A stretch of 64,000 bases of DNA from Desulfatiglandales bacterium (GCA_963667015.2 CAXXJJ010000001.1:2400001-2464000), one strand, 5' to 3'; counted from the first letter of the stretch, positions 29,699 through 39,555 are shown. Numbers and translations are program-made. The notes: a model not told the origin generated them from the sequence alone.

Positions 29699-30863
29699 TG
29701 AATATGACCTTTCTCATAAGCTCTGTACTGATATGAAGATATCTGTGGGTTGACTGTATGTTCTGGTGCCCCATCATTTCTTTTACCTCATAAATGGATC
29801 GGCCCATATGGAGAAGATTCTGTGCATAAGTGTGCCTGAGCCAGTAAGCAGATGAGGGGAGTCCGGCCTGTTTCATGGCCCTTGCTATAGATCCGACAAC
29901 GTTATTGGCTTTCATAGGATGAAAGGGAAAGTGATGATTAAGAAACAGATATTTTGATGAGCCCTTCGGTCTTCCTTTAGAGATATAAAGAGCAATAGCC
30001 TTAATGGTGTTTTCAGGTACAGGCAGGGTGATGACATCCCCTCCTTTTCTTTCCTGGAGGGTGAGTTTTCTCTGCTGGAAAAAGATATCATCTAACGTAA
30101 TCTTACTGATCTCCGCAGGCCTGAGACCCAGAGAGTAAGCCAGGTGTATCAGGGCATAGGTTCTCATTTGTGTGGGTGTGGAAAGCTCCAGGGAGGCAAA
30201 GAGTTCTTTTACCTGCTTTGGACGTAAAAACCTTGGCAGCCTTTTCTGGGCAAATTGAGGAGGGCCGACAAGAAACGGGGCTAAATCCCTTATGATAATC
30301 TTCTTTTCATGATAGAGGTGCTTTAAAAAACCTCTGAGGCAATAACGATAGAGCCTGCGGCTATAGTCCGACACCTTGAATGTTGCCATGAAGGCATCGC
30401 AATGTTCGATTTTAAGCTTTGAAAGGGAGATGTCATTTTTTTCCAGATACTCATGGAATGAGCTCAGAACCCTCCTGATCCGTTTGATGTGTGTAGGAGA
30501 ACTGTCAAGAGATTGAGAGTGATGAAGGAGGTATTCTTCATAAATATCCGGTAAAGGTGGCGCAGCATTTTTTTGATTCAGGGTATGATCGATAACTCCC
30601 CGGCTGAAAAGATAGTCTGATAACGACCTAAGTGCAGAATAGGCATTCTTATAACCGCTATATATTTGAAAGGCTTCTGCAGTACCATTAGTAAATATGT
30701 TTTCCCATATTATATCTTTATGGATTACATAGAAGAGAAAGTCGATCAGGATATGCTTGTAACGCTTATGGGATCTGCTCCCCTTTTCCTTCTCAATTGA
30801 TTTGACCCAATGCATATAATCCCGGATCGAGTCCATTAATCTCCGGCTGTCTTCAAGGATCAC
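29685..30863 (-). CDS. Tyrosine recombinase RitA
   Basis: GLRPAEI, YWLRHTYA, MGHQNIQSTHRY; overlaps both neighbours. Confidence 0.9.
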   Translation of the reverse strand: MILEDSRRLMDSIRDYMHWVKSIEKEKGSRSHKRYKHILIDFLFYVIHKDIIWENIFTNGTAEAFQIYSGYKNAYSALRSLSDYLFSRGVIDHTLNQKNAAPPLPDIYEEYLLHHSQSLDSSPTHIKRIRRVLSSFHEYLEKNDISLSKLKIEHCDAFMATFKVSDYSRRLYRYCLRGFLKHLYHEKKIIIRDLAPFLVGPPQFAQKRLPRFLRPKQVKELFASLELSTPTQMRTYALIHLAYSLGLRPAEISKITLDDIFFQQRKLTLQERKGGDVITLPVPENTIKAIALYISKGRPKGSSKYLFLNHHFPFHPMKANNVVGSIARAMKQAGLPSSAYWLRHTYAQNLLHMGRSIYEVKEMMGHQNIQSTHRYLHISTELMRKVIFNEEL

Positions 30864-31254
30864 TTTGAACCTCCAAAAGTGATTCCTGTATCAGCCCGCT
30901 GACTCTTGAATTACTCTGGCCTTTATGTAAAGTTTTTTCCCATAATGGTTTCGGAGGCAGGGAAAGTACCTGATAAAGTGTTCCGTCAAAGGCAATTAAA
31001 TCTTTCTTTAAGAGCCCATCCCGGGCTTCAATATACTCATCCATAGAAAGCCGGAGCAAAGAACAAATGGCATCATAGGAGTAGAAAGATAACCCATATC
31101 TATCTGCAGCAAGTATGAGGAAGGAGTATAACAGGATCTCTTCCTGTTCCATGTACGCAAGAAACTCATCAGTCAGAAGTCGGTGAGGTAAAAAACCGAA
31201 CCCTCCTTCAATATGTCTGATTCGATTCGGGTTGAGAATCTTTTTCTTTATCAT
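30853..31254 (-). CDS. Winged-HTH-like accessory protein of the element
   Basis: RIRHIEGGFGFLPHR...LLYSFLILAADRYGLSFYSYDAICSLL; RBS AGGAG; overlaps the RitA start. Confidence 0.7.
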   Translation of the reverse strand: MIKKKILNPNRIRHIEGGFGFLPHRLLTDEFLAYMEQEEILLYSFLILAADRYGLSFYSYDAICSLLRLSMDEYIEARDGLLKKDLIAFDGTLYQVLSLPPKPLWEKTLHKGQSNSRVSGLIQESLLEVQSDP

Positions 31255-31326
31255 AGTCAACTCCTGAGTTTTTCAGGTAAATATACCTGCAAATCCAGGA
31301 AAGAGTCGATCACATCTTGAAAACAT

Positions 31327-31737
31327 TTAAGGGGGTAGTCGATCTATTTTCCTTGTCATAACAGTTAGTTGAGCTCGTAACACCTCTTGAAATCGTCTGA
31401 AGAGCAGTTGTCCGAAATACTCAACGATTATAAGATGTTGAATGCTTATCACCTCTTGAACTAACAAATGGGGTAGTCCGGATTTTAACCGGGTCTTTGA
31501 CTGGAGTGAGGAAGGGGTTCCGGACTGGCAGGCTGCATTGAGTTTCTTTTGAAGGTAATTGGCTCGAAAATAGTCGGAGTTCTTTCTGTTCCACTCTCTG
31601 CACTTCCTTCTATGCCATTCCTTCTTACATCCAGGGTCACCACAGGTCATTTGGCGGTCTTTCACTCTTGAGTTAGGCATAAACCAGCGCCTACAGATCC
31701 TGCAAGGCCGCTTCTTTAAAACATTCTCCTCATGCAT
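31327..31737 (-). CDS. Cys-rich putative Zn-finger accessory protein
   Basis: RPCRICRRWF...RQMTCGDPGC..WHRRKC; RBS GGGAGGG. Confidence 0.7.
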   Translation of the reverse strand: MHEENVLKKRPCRICRRWFMPNSRVKDRQMTCGDPGCKKEWHRRKCREWNRKNSDYFRANYLQKKLNAACQSGTPSSLQSKTRLKSGLPHLLVQEVISIQHLIIVEYFGQLLFRRFQEVLRAQLTVMTRKIDRLPP

Positions 31738-32055
31738 CGTTCCCTCCCTTGTTATCAAGGTGAAAAAACGACTTTAGATTAAAATGGACTGGTATGCATA
31801 GAGGGACGCTTTGTATTGGAAAGCTAAATGATGAGAAATTAGATGAATAAAATGGATACTTAATCTTTCTTTTGGAATTAAATGATGAATTATATGGAGG
31901 GAATTAAAACACACAACATAACCAATCTCACAACATAGCTTGCCAGGATCCATACTTTATATACAGTTGAGATATCACAAGAGTATCTGTAAAAAGAAAG
32001 TACTGTACGTGCTGAGCCTTGAGGCAACTTTATTGTAACTTAATCAAATGATTGT

Positions 32056-34212
32056 TTAACCGGATACCCTCTCGATAAATTCACCAATAATTTTATGGAC
32101 CGCATCAGAGCCTTCATCCATGATTATTCCGTGACGATCGAAATCCAGCAGTTTGTATTCTTTATCTTCGGATCCGATTCTTTCAAATAGCTGCTGTGAA
32201 CCTTCAGGATTGACAACAGGATCATTGTTTCCCTGGATAACAAGCGCCGGTACAGTGATATCACCAAGCTTATCCTTTATCTTTTCCATCAGTCTTTCAA
32301 GCTCTCTTATACCGCTGATGGGGTTTCTTGTGTAATTTATATGCGGATGTTCGGGCTGGTTTTCTACAAACTCCCTTGCCATGGATTTGATTTTTAATTT
32401 TTTCATTAAAGCGTTCCACACATCCACCGCAGGGACAAATCTTGAGGAAAAATCCTGCAGTTTCATAGGAGGATTGACCGCAAATACTCCCCTGACATCC
32501 TGTACTCTTGAAACAAGCTCCAGTGCAAGCCCTGCCCCTGTTGAAAATCCCCCTACAACAACCTTTTCGCACATATTGCTTAATATTGCATAACCCCTTT
32601 CCACCGAGTTTATCCAGTCATTATAACTTCTTTTGGCCAGGTCTTCGGGGGCAGTGCCATGTCCCTTTAACCTGGGAGCATAGACCCTGAAACCAAGGCT
32701 GTTAATATACTTTGCCAGACTTCTGACCTCTTCAGGCGCAGCCATATACCCGTGTATTAAAAGTACTCCTGCATCGCTTCCTTTTTTATTTAATAAATAC
32801 GGCCTGCCGATTTTTGCTGGTTTGGATTCTTTTGATATATAAAATGTCTCATAATCCAGTTCAAAGTCATCCTGTTCTTTTTTTATTATATGACCTGTAA
32901 GCCTTTTCCTGATTAAAAATTCGGGCATACTGGCATATTTGGATATCGTCCTCTGAAGACTTCGAAGCGGTTCTGTCCAATTCGCAAGTACTGCTACAGG
33001 GTTTTCTATGCGAATCCTGTGAAAGTCACTTTTAACAAAGAACCTTGATCTCTTCAGGAAGAACCTGTCTTCTCTTTTTTCCAGTATACCCGTATCAATG
33101 GCCAGTTGAATAAAGTTACTGTATTTATCATAGCGGTCATCTATCAGTAAATGGATCTGATCATTCACAAGATCATTATTCAGGTACAGATCACTTTTTG
33201 ATAAAAGTTCGGAGATTATCAAAAATACTCTTTTTTTCAGGAAATTATGGTCCAGGCTGCGATACCATGTTTTTTTAAGGAGGGAGGCAAATAGGTGATC
33301 ATGGTTGATTGTTGTCATATTATAGATTGCACTCATGTATTCCTGCATGAGCTTAATAGCCTCTCTGCGCATTTTATTTCGAGAAGGAATTGGATCGTCA
33401 AATTCAAATGATTCCTTTTTTTGCAGATCTTTTTTTATCAGCCTGTGGGTCAGCCGATTCTTGAGCTTTATGGGTTTCCCGAACCTGATGTCAATATCCA
33501 CACCCGATAAAAGCATGGTCCCTTCTGTCATTATTTCTTCTATGACACGCTCCGGTATATTATCAACCATTGAACCGGCAAGCCTGCTCAGGATATTTTC
33601 CTTTGCTCTGACCGGATAATAACTGATGTTGACAGGTACGATATTTGTTTCTATTGGAGAAACCTTATCTATTGAGTCGATCTGAAACATCTCTATCAGT
33701 CTTTTTGCCTCTTCAGATCCTTTCATGCAGAGTGAAATGATGCGCCTTCTGTAAAACTCTGCCCTCATTGCAAGGGTGGCTGCTCCTGTATGCGGAGGAC
33801 GCTTTCCGCCCGCGTGATACACCATGAATTTTCCCTTTTCGACCAGTTTTTTATCCTTTACCATCAGGCCTTCAGGAAAAATTATCCATGATGCCTCACC
33901 TGTAAGCAGCGTCTTTATTATCAGCTTATCCCTGTCAGGGTTTTTATTGGACACCGCCCCTATTGTATCGAGGAATGAGCCGAATGCCCCCTCAAACAGG
34001 GTATGATCGGCAAGCGACCATACAGGTTTATCTGTAAGTTTTGAGATAATATAGGGCATCAGGAAGGTTTCAATCCTGGTGAAATGGTTGATTACAAAAA
34101 TGGCATTGCTTTCCGGGATGTGTTCTTTACCGTGGAGGTTGATCTTTGCCCGTGAAAGATTATAGATTGCCTTTATTGCAAGGCTTGTGGTTTTATATGC
34201 AAGCTGTTTCAT
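32056..34212 (-). CDS. PlsC-type acyltransferase fused to an alpha/beta hydrolase (carboxylesterase)
   Basis: N-terminal NHFTRIET and IFPEG; C-terminal IHGYMA, LKGHG, GFSTG, DPVV, RH. Confidence 0.85.
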   Translation of the reverse strand: MKQLAYKTTSLAIKAIYNLSRAKINLHGKEHIPESNAIFVINHFTRIETFLMPYIISKLTDKPVWSLADHTLFEGAFGSFLDTIGAVSNKNPDRDKLIIKTLLTGEASWIIFPEGLMVKDKKLVEKGKFMVYHAGGKRPPHTGAATLAMRAEFYRRRIISLCMKGSEEAKRLIEMFQIDSIDKVSPIETNIVPVNISYYPVRAKENILSRLAGSMVDNIPERVIEEIMTEGTMLLSGVDIDIRFGKPIKLKNRLTHRLIKKDLQKKESFEFDDPIPSRNKMRREAIKLMQEYMSAIYNMTTINHDHLFASLLKKTWYRSLDHNFLKKRVFLIISELLSKSDLYLNNDLVNDQIHLLIDDRYDKYSNFIQLAIDTGILEKREDRFFLKRSRFFVKSDFHRIRIENPVAVLANWTEPLRSLQRTISKYASMPEFLIRKRLTGHIIKKEQDDFELDYETFYISKESKPAKIGRPYLLNKKGSDAGVLLIHGYMAAPEEVRSLAKYINSLGFRVYAPRLKGHGTAPEDLAKRSYNDWINSVERGYAILSNMCEKVVVGGFSTGAGLALELVSRVQDVRGVFAVNPPMKLQDFSSRFVPAVDVWNALMKKLKIKSMAREFVENQPEHPHINYTRNPISGIRELERLMEKIKDKLGDITVPALVIQGNNDPVVNPEGSQQLFERIGSEDKEYKLLDFDRHGIIMDEGSDAVHKIIGEFIERVSG

Positions 34213-34345
34213 ATTATCTGGTATTGACCCGCAAAATTGCTGTAACTATCATTGTTATCCGGCAATGACAGTTGGTTAATGCATTATATACATGTCTGAA
34301 TCAGACTAAAAAATAACATTTGCAGGATAATTTATCAATATTTCT

Positions 34346-35071
34346 ATGAATGAAAAACAGGCACATACAGTTAAAAGGCTGAAAGATTATTTAATCGATA
34401 ATTATGATCCCGAAGTGATTATTTTATACGGAAGCACGGCGCGGGGAGATACTGATGAATTCAGCGATATAGATATGATGGTGATCATGGACGTTGAAGA
34501 TAATGAGAAGGTGACTGCTGAAATGTTGTCAGTAACTGATCATATTGTTCATGATAAACATATTATACTGAGATCCTGTGATGATTATTACAACCAGAAA
34601 GATATCCCCGGTACCATGGTTTATTCAGCACTGAGTGAAGGCCTGATACTGTTCCGGAGACCGGGTTTTGACATGAACGCCTTACCCTTAAAAGGCTATG
34701 AGGAAAGAAAAAAATATGTAATTGAAAAAGAATACCTGCATCAGTCCGGTGAGTTTTTGGGGAACAGCAAAAATGCACTTGAGAGCAGACAGTTATTCAG
34801 ATGCAGGGATAATTTAAGGTTTGCTGCAGTAAGGGCGCTAAAGGCCGTTTTGGTTTTCAGGGATATACATCCGCCGAGGAGTACCGACCTTGAGGAGCTC
34901 TTTGAGATGGCAAGGGAACTGCTTCCTGAGATTGGTAAACTTCAGCCATTGATTGAAGCGCTGGATAAATATATTCCGGGAGGCAATGATACAGAAGAGA
35001 ATGTGAAATGCAGGGATCTTCTGAGTAAAGTAAATTGTATGATTGATATTATCATGGCTTTGCTTTGCTGA
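34346..35071 (+). CDS. Minimal nucleotidyltransferase-HEPN fusion protein
   Basis: GS-X10-DID (GSTARGDTDEFSDID); C-terminal HEPN-like helices (RALKAVL...HPPRSTDLEEL). Confidence 0.75.
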   Translation: MNEKQAHTVKRLKDYLIDNYDPEVIILYGSTARGDTDEFSDIDMMVIMDVEDNEKVTAEMLSVTDHIVHDKHIILRSCDDYYNQKDIPGTMVYSALSEGLILFRRPGFDMNALPLKGYEERKKYVIEKEYLHQSGEFLGNSKNALESRQLFRCRDNLRFAAVRALKAVLVFRDIHPPRSTDLEELFEMARELLPEIGKLQPLIEALDKYIPGGNDTEENVKCRDLLSKVNCMIDIIMALLC

Positions 35072-35114
35072 TTCAAGCCTGAACGCAAACTGGTGTAGGT
35101 ACGAAAGCTTGTTT

Positions 35115-35216
35115 TAACAAAAGAGCACGAAGGACACGAAGAAAAGCCATTTATATTTAAGCAATAAATTTATATTGCTTTTGTCTTTCTTTGTGTCCTT
35201 AGCGTCTTTGCGGTTC
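35115..35216. repeat. Inverted short-period repeat arms between convergent genes
   Basis: GCACGAAGGACACGAAGAAA ... TTTCTTTGTGTCCTTAGCGTCTTTGCGG, with ~9-nt periodicity. Confidence 0.6.
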
Positions 35217-35222
35217 AGTTTT

Positions 35223-36914
35223 TTATTTCCCCTGAATAATTTTTACCATTTCCCTGGGAATAAATACCTTGTTGATATTCGGAGCATATACTGTAATTCC
35301 TTTGGTTCGGAATTCCTGTCCGTCCTTAATTACAACATCCTTGTTTACAGGAATGCGGGTATCACCTGTCTCCAGGATATAACCTGTATAGTCATTTGAG
35401 ATCCTGTATTCAGGAAAAACACTTCCCGCATCAACAAACAGCTCCTCCCCTATCTTTGTGAGGTCGAACTCCATAATTTTAGCGAGTTCAACAGCTATCT
35501 GTGTATTATCTATGTTGCCTCGAATAGAACCATCCCCCTCATTAGGGTAAATCCAGAGCGGCACATCCACACCTGTATGGCCTCCGGTTGTCCAGCCGAT
35601 TATCGAAAAATTGTTACTTAAATAATTGGCAACTCCATAGGCAGATTTTCTAAATTTAAGTATTTCAGCAGCCTGGGTGTCATCGAGTGACAGCTGCCAT
35701 TTTGTATTAAAAAGCTCCTTTATTTCTTCTATGGTTGCATTGTTGTCTTTATAGGCCAGCTCAAGTAAGCCCTGGACCGTAATTTGGGCGTTTTTAAAGG
35801 GAGCTACCAGCGTGTCAACAGGTGTTGAAGAATAATTACGACCCAGTTCACTTGTATTGCCAATGCTTAACCCCCCTGTATCATGGTCCGGAAAGATAAC
35901 AATAAGCGTATTGCCATTCTTTTTTGCGTAGTCGACCGCGACACCGACTGCCTCATCAAAGGCAAGAAACTCGGAAACCATAAAGACCGGATCATTTGCA
36001 TGCCCGGCATAATCTACCTGGCTTCCTTCCACCATCATAAAAAATCCATTTTTGTTCTTCGAGAGGATTTCAATTGCCTTTCCGGTCATCTGAGCCAGTG
36101 ACGGCTGGGACGGATTCAGTTCATCCTTGTCTATATCAGGAACAAGGTTACCTTTATTAAAGACTCCCCATACCCTGTCATTTTTTATACTGTTTAGCTC
36201 ATCACTGCTGCTGATAAAGCTGTATCCCCTTTCCTGAAGGATGTTGATCAGGTTTTCCGAATCCTTGCGTGTCCCCTTCCAGATGTCTCCTGAAGCGGAT
36301 TTATATTCGGTTCCCGAGGGCAGGAGATTGCTTCCCCCACCGCCAAATATTACATCAATGTCCTGGTATACTATCTGCTCCATAATATCATCGGACATAT
36401 TGCGTGAAGGCACATGGGCAGAGAAACCTCCGGGAGTAGCATGATTGACTACACTGGTTACAACCAGGCCGGTTGATTTTCCATTAAACTTTGCTCCTTC
36501 AAGGATGCTTGGAAGAGGGTGATAGGGAGATGACTTCGGTTTATAGATTGAAAGGATATTTTTTGTATCCGGGCCAACTCCAAGAAAACCGGTTGTGGTT
36601 TTATGTCCGGTAGCAAAGGCCGTGGCTGCTGCGGCAGAATCCGTTATGACTGAATTTGCAGAAAATGTTCTTACCGACCCTGTATGCAGTTTGTCCAGGT
36701 TTATATCCGAGCCTTTATATAATCGTGCAAAGGTCTCTATACTCATGGAGCATCCATCGGGGACCATGACAATAACATTTTTATACTCAGGTTCTGTGCC
36801 AGCCCTCTTTTTTTTATAAGCATTGCCTTCTGTAAGATGAAATGTTGAACATCCTGCTGCAGCAAGAAGTATTAAAACAGCAAAAACTGAAAGAAGTCGA
36901 ATAGGTTTTTTCAT
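35223..36914 (-). CDS. phoA: Alkaline phosphatase lipoprotein
   Basis: Lipobox AAGC, KNVIVMVPDG, TDSAAAATA, HATP, EGSQVDYAGHAND, DHDTGG, GHTG. Confidence 0.92.
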   Translation of the reverse strand: MKKPIRLLSVFAVLILLAAAGCSTFHLTEGNAYKKKRAGTEPEYKNVIVMVPDGCSMSIETFARLYKGSDINLDKLHTGSVRTFSANSVITDSAAAATAFATGHKTTTGFLGVGPDTKNILSIYKPKSSPYHPLPSILEGAKFNGKSTGLVVTSVVNHATPGGFSAHVPSRNMSDDIMEQIVYQDIDVIFGGGGSNLLPSGTEYKSASGDIWKGTRKDSENLINILQERGYSFISSSDELNSIKNDRVWGVFNKGNLVPDIDKDELNPSQPSLAQMTGKAIEILSKNKNGFFMMVEGSQVDYAGHANDPVFMVSEFLAFDEAVGVAVDYAKKNGNTLIVIFPDHDTGGLSIGNTSELGRNYSSTPVDTLVAPFKNAQITVQGLLELAYKDNNATIEEIKELFNTKWQLSLDDTQAAEILKFRKSAYGVANYLSNNFSIIGWTTGGHTGVDVPLWIYPNEGDGSIRGNIDNTQIAVELAKIMEFDLTKIGEELFVDAGSVFPEYRISNDYTGYILETGDTRIPVNKDVVIKDGQEFRTKGITVYAPNINKVFIPREMVKIIQGK

Positions 36915-37058
36915 TATGACATGCTCCTTTTATTGATATGCACCATAACATTATATCTATCGGAGTACATGTCAACTCTATAAATATCCTTGCAAAGATT
37001 TTTTCGATCATTTAATAAAAGAAGTATTATCCTGCTGATATGAAAAGGAGAGTGTGAA

Positions 37059-37388
37059 ATGACTAAAGTTGAAGTGTTTTCCGGTATATGCGGATTTACT
37101 ACCCGTATTGAAGTTGAGAAAAAGGAACAGTATGTGGCAATTTGTAAAATGGAAGGTCAGTGCCCAAACTGCAGCAAAGTTGCAGCTATACTGGCTGAGG
37201 AACCGTTGAACGTTATGGATGAGCTCTTCAGGAAGGGGCAGTCAAAGGTTATTGCGGCCTGTCAGTCAAACCTTCCCCATGTTTCATGCCCGGTTCCGGC
37301 AGGGATTTTAAAGGCACTTGAGGTAGGGGTCGGTCTTGCCCTGCCGGCTGATGCGTCCATTAAGTTTACAGAAACGGAAAAGAAATGA
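37059..37388 (+). CDS. Small Cys-rich conserved protein (DUF6951-like)
   Basis: GICGF..C..C..HVSCPVPAGILKALEV..GLALP; RBS AAGGAG. Confidence 0.75.
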   Translation: MTKVEVFSGICGFTTRIEVEKKEQYVAICKMEGQCPNCSKVAAILAEEPLNVMDELFRKGQSKVIAACQSNLPHVSCPVPAGILKALEVGVGLALPADASIKFTETEKK

Positions 37389-37440
37389 TATAACTTATTG
37401 TTTTTTAATAGAGAATTGGTGATGCCGGGTATTTTAAATA

Positions 37441-37749
37441 TGTTGGAATGATAAGAAGAGCCTTCGGGCGATTGCGACGCTCCTTTCAGTCGCGCATAGT
37501 GCAAAGAGCATAGCGCATAGGGTAGTCAGGTTGTTAAATAATCGATACTACTGTCACGTCAATTATCGAGTGTCGCTGTTTGTCATTTTGAGCTGTAAGC
37601 TAAATGCTGTTAGCTAAAAGCCTTCAGCCTAAACCGCTTCAGCCTGCCTTTCTTATATGTTGGAATGATATGTAGAGCCTTAGGGCGATGCGACCAGGCA
37701 TTGCATGTAGGGGCGAATAATCATTCGCCTGTTTTGTTGGAATGATAAG
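37441..37749. repeat. Mosaic repeat tract
   Basis: TGTTGGAATGATA at 37441, 37658 and 37735; GCATAG heptads; CTTCAGCCT units; a GTAG REP at ~37707. Confidence 0.75.
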
Positions 37750-38142
37750 TTGCAAATATATAACTGGCTGCTCACAAACTCCGCTGTGATATCCCCAGCA
37801 TGAAAGAAATCCTCCGGGACCCTATCAATGATTTTTAATTTCTGTTTGAGAGATAAGAAAAATCACGGGGCTTTAAGAATAAAAATACATAATCTGCACA
37901 TAAATTTAGGCATTATGCACATGATATTGTGCAATCTTATTTTCCTGCTAATAAAAAGCCCTAAAAATATTCAATCCCATCGCAGCATCAATAAAATGAA
38001 AAGCATCTATATTTAAGGGCTTCAGCTCTCTTTGTCCAAGACAGAACCTCATCCGGGTTATTTTGGCATGATGTTTGTAATTCAAAGGACAGCCTTCACA
38101 GCCAACATGCTTCAGCCTGCTTTCATACAAAAGGATAAAATC

Positions 38143-39555
38143 ATGAGTAAAGTACAATCCATAAAGATTGATGACATTGTTCTGGACAACAGCATTTATC
38201 CAAGAATCAATATTGACCACAAAAGGGTGTCCATGTTTGAGGAAAATATGAGGGATGGATTCAAATTTGACCCCATTCATTTACAGGAGCACCCTGATAA
38301 ACCCGGTAAATACCGCATTCTGGATGGTGCGCACCGGTTCAGGGCTTACAAGGGTATTGGAGAAAAAACGGTTTCAGCAAAGATTATGCAGCTCAACGGG
38401 GAAGATCCCCTGCTTTATGCTGCAAAACAGGCAATCGGACCAAGGCAGCTCAGTGATGAAGATGCAAAGGATACTGCAAGAAGGGCATATCTGAGAAATC
38501 CGAATCTCAGTTCGCATGATATTGGCAAGACTGTTGGAAGGGCCAGAAGGACAGTGGATTCTTACATTGCCGATTTAAGGGCCTCAGTACAAATGGAATT
38601 TGATCTCAAATTATACCGAATGCAAAAACTGGGAGTCCCGCAGGACCGGATAGCAAAGCGTTTTGGTTTTTTGCAGCAGTCAATCTCAAAGCATTTACAA
38701 CTTTTGGCAAGATTGCCAAAAGTTGTAAATAGCGATCTTGAAAAAGGTTTTACAGTCTCTCAAGTTGCTGAAAAGCACGGCTGGCTTGAATCTATGGTCT
38801 GGTCGCTCAAATTGAATGAAGAAAATGATAAGCGTAGATACCATAAGTTACAGTGGGGAATCAGGACCTGGGACGACTGGAGATGGATTGATTGCGACAA
38901 AAGGTTTGGTGATGAATGGCCCGGAAGAATTCCGGCCCAGCTTATAGCCCATATCCTTTATTACTTCTCAAAACAAAACGACCTTGTTATTGATCCTATG
39001 GCCGGAGGAGGGGTAGTGGCCGACACATGCCTTGCATTCAACCGGAGGTGCTGGAGCTTTGATATGGTGGATAGAATCGATGAAAGGCCTGAGATAGAGC
39101 CTCATTTCTGGGATATAAACAATCTCAAGTGGCCGATCAGCGGAAAGACAAAACCCGATCTGATAATCTTTGATCCGCCTTATTTCAGTAAAAAAGCAAA
39201 GGAATATGAAGAGGACAGCATATCGAATCTATCAAAAGAAAATTATCTGGATTTCCTGGAAAGGTTTTTCAGGCTGGCGTTTGAGAACAGTAAAAAAGGC
39301 ACCAGGCTGGCGATGATAAATGCGGACTGGAGAGACTTTCAGGGAACCCCGGCCCTTGAGGAGGACGAGGAATCCGCAATCCTTATAATTGATTACGGCA
39401 ATTTGATTAGAAAAGCAGGATGGGCTGTGACGCATGTCATGCAGGCGCCAATGTCATCCGAAAGGTTTCAGGGTGGTACAGTTTCAGCGATGCAGGATAA
39501 AAAGATACTGGGTGTTACCTGCAGGAATGTAATTGTGGGACGGAAAAAAGGCTGA
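38143..39555 (+). CDS. ParB-like domain + HTH + amino-DNA methyltransferase fusion
   Basis: RILDGAHR (ParB box); HTH-like segments; PGRIP...DPMAGGG (motif I) and FDPPY (motif IV). RBS AAGGA precedes ATG 38143. Confidence 0.85.
   Translation: MSKVQSIKIDDIVLDNSIYPRINIDHKRVSMFEENMRDGFKFDPIHLQEHPDKPGKYRILDGAHRFRAYKGIGEKTVSAKIMQLNGEDPLLYAAKQAIGPRQLSDEDAKDTARRAYLRNPNLSSHDIGKTVGRARRTVDSYIADLRASVQMEFDLKLYRMQKLGVPQDRIAKRFGFLQQSISKHLQLLARLPKVVNSDLEKGFTVSQVAEKHGWLESMVWSLKLNEENDKRRYHKLQWGIRTWDDWRWIDCDKRFGDEWPGRIPAQLIAHILYYFSKQNDLVIDPMAGGGVVADTCLAFNRRCWSFDMVDRIDERPEIEPHFWDINNLKWPISGKTKPDLIIFDPPYFSKKAKEYEEDSISNLSKENYLDFLERFFRLAFENSKKGTRLAMINADWRDFQGTPALEEDEESAILIIDYGNLIRKAGWAVTHVMQAPMSSERFQGGTVSAMQDKKILGVTCRNVIVGRKKG

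Larger units (their letters stand above)
27522..31937 (-). mobile_element. RIT (recombinase-in-trio) element with two extra upstream genes
   Basis: Three overlapping tyrosine recombinases; terminal imperfect IR TATGTTGCGAG (27522) / CTCACAACATA (31927-31937); flanking direct repeat CTTGCC (27515, 31939). Confidence 0.85.

Noticed and set aside
35126..35142. GCACGAAG repeats as further copies of the nik leader motif
   Set aside because: They are part of a 9-nt periodic repeat between convergent genes and have no closing stem.
37441..37749. TGTTGGAATGATA x3 as a CRISPR-like array
   Set aside because: The repeat is short, spacing is irregular (217 and 77 nt), intervening DNA is made of other repeats, and no cas genes are present.
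38032..38142. ORF-track N-terminal extension of the MTase (likewise the starts at 9362, 10748, 46639 and 61775)
   Set aside because: Downstream starts have proper RBSs and family-typical N-termini; the extensions run through leaders or riboswitches.
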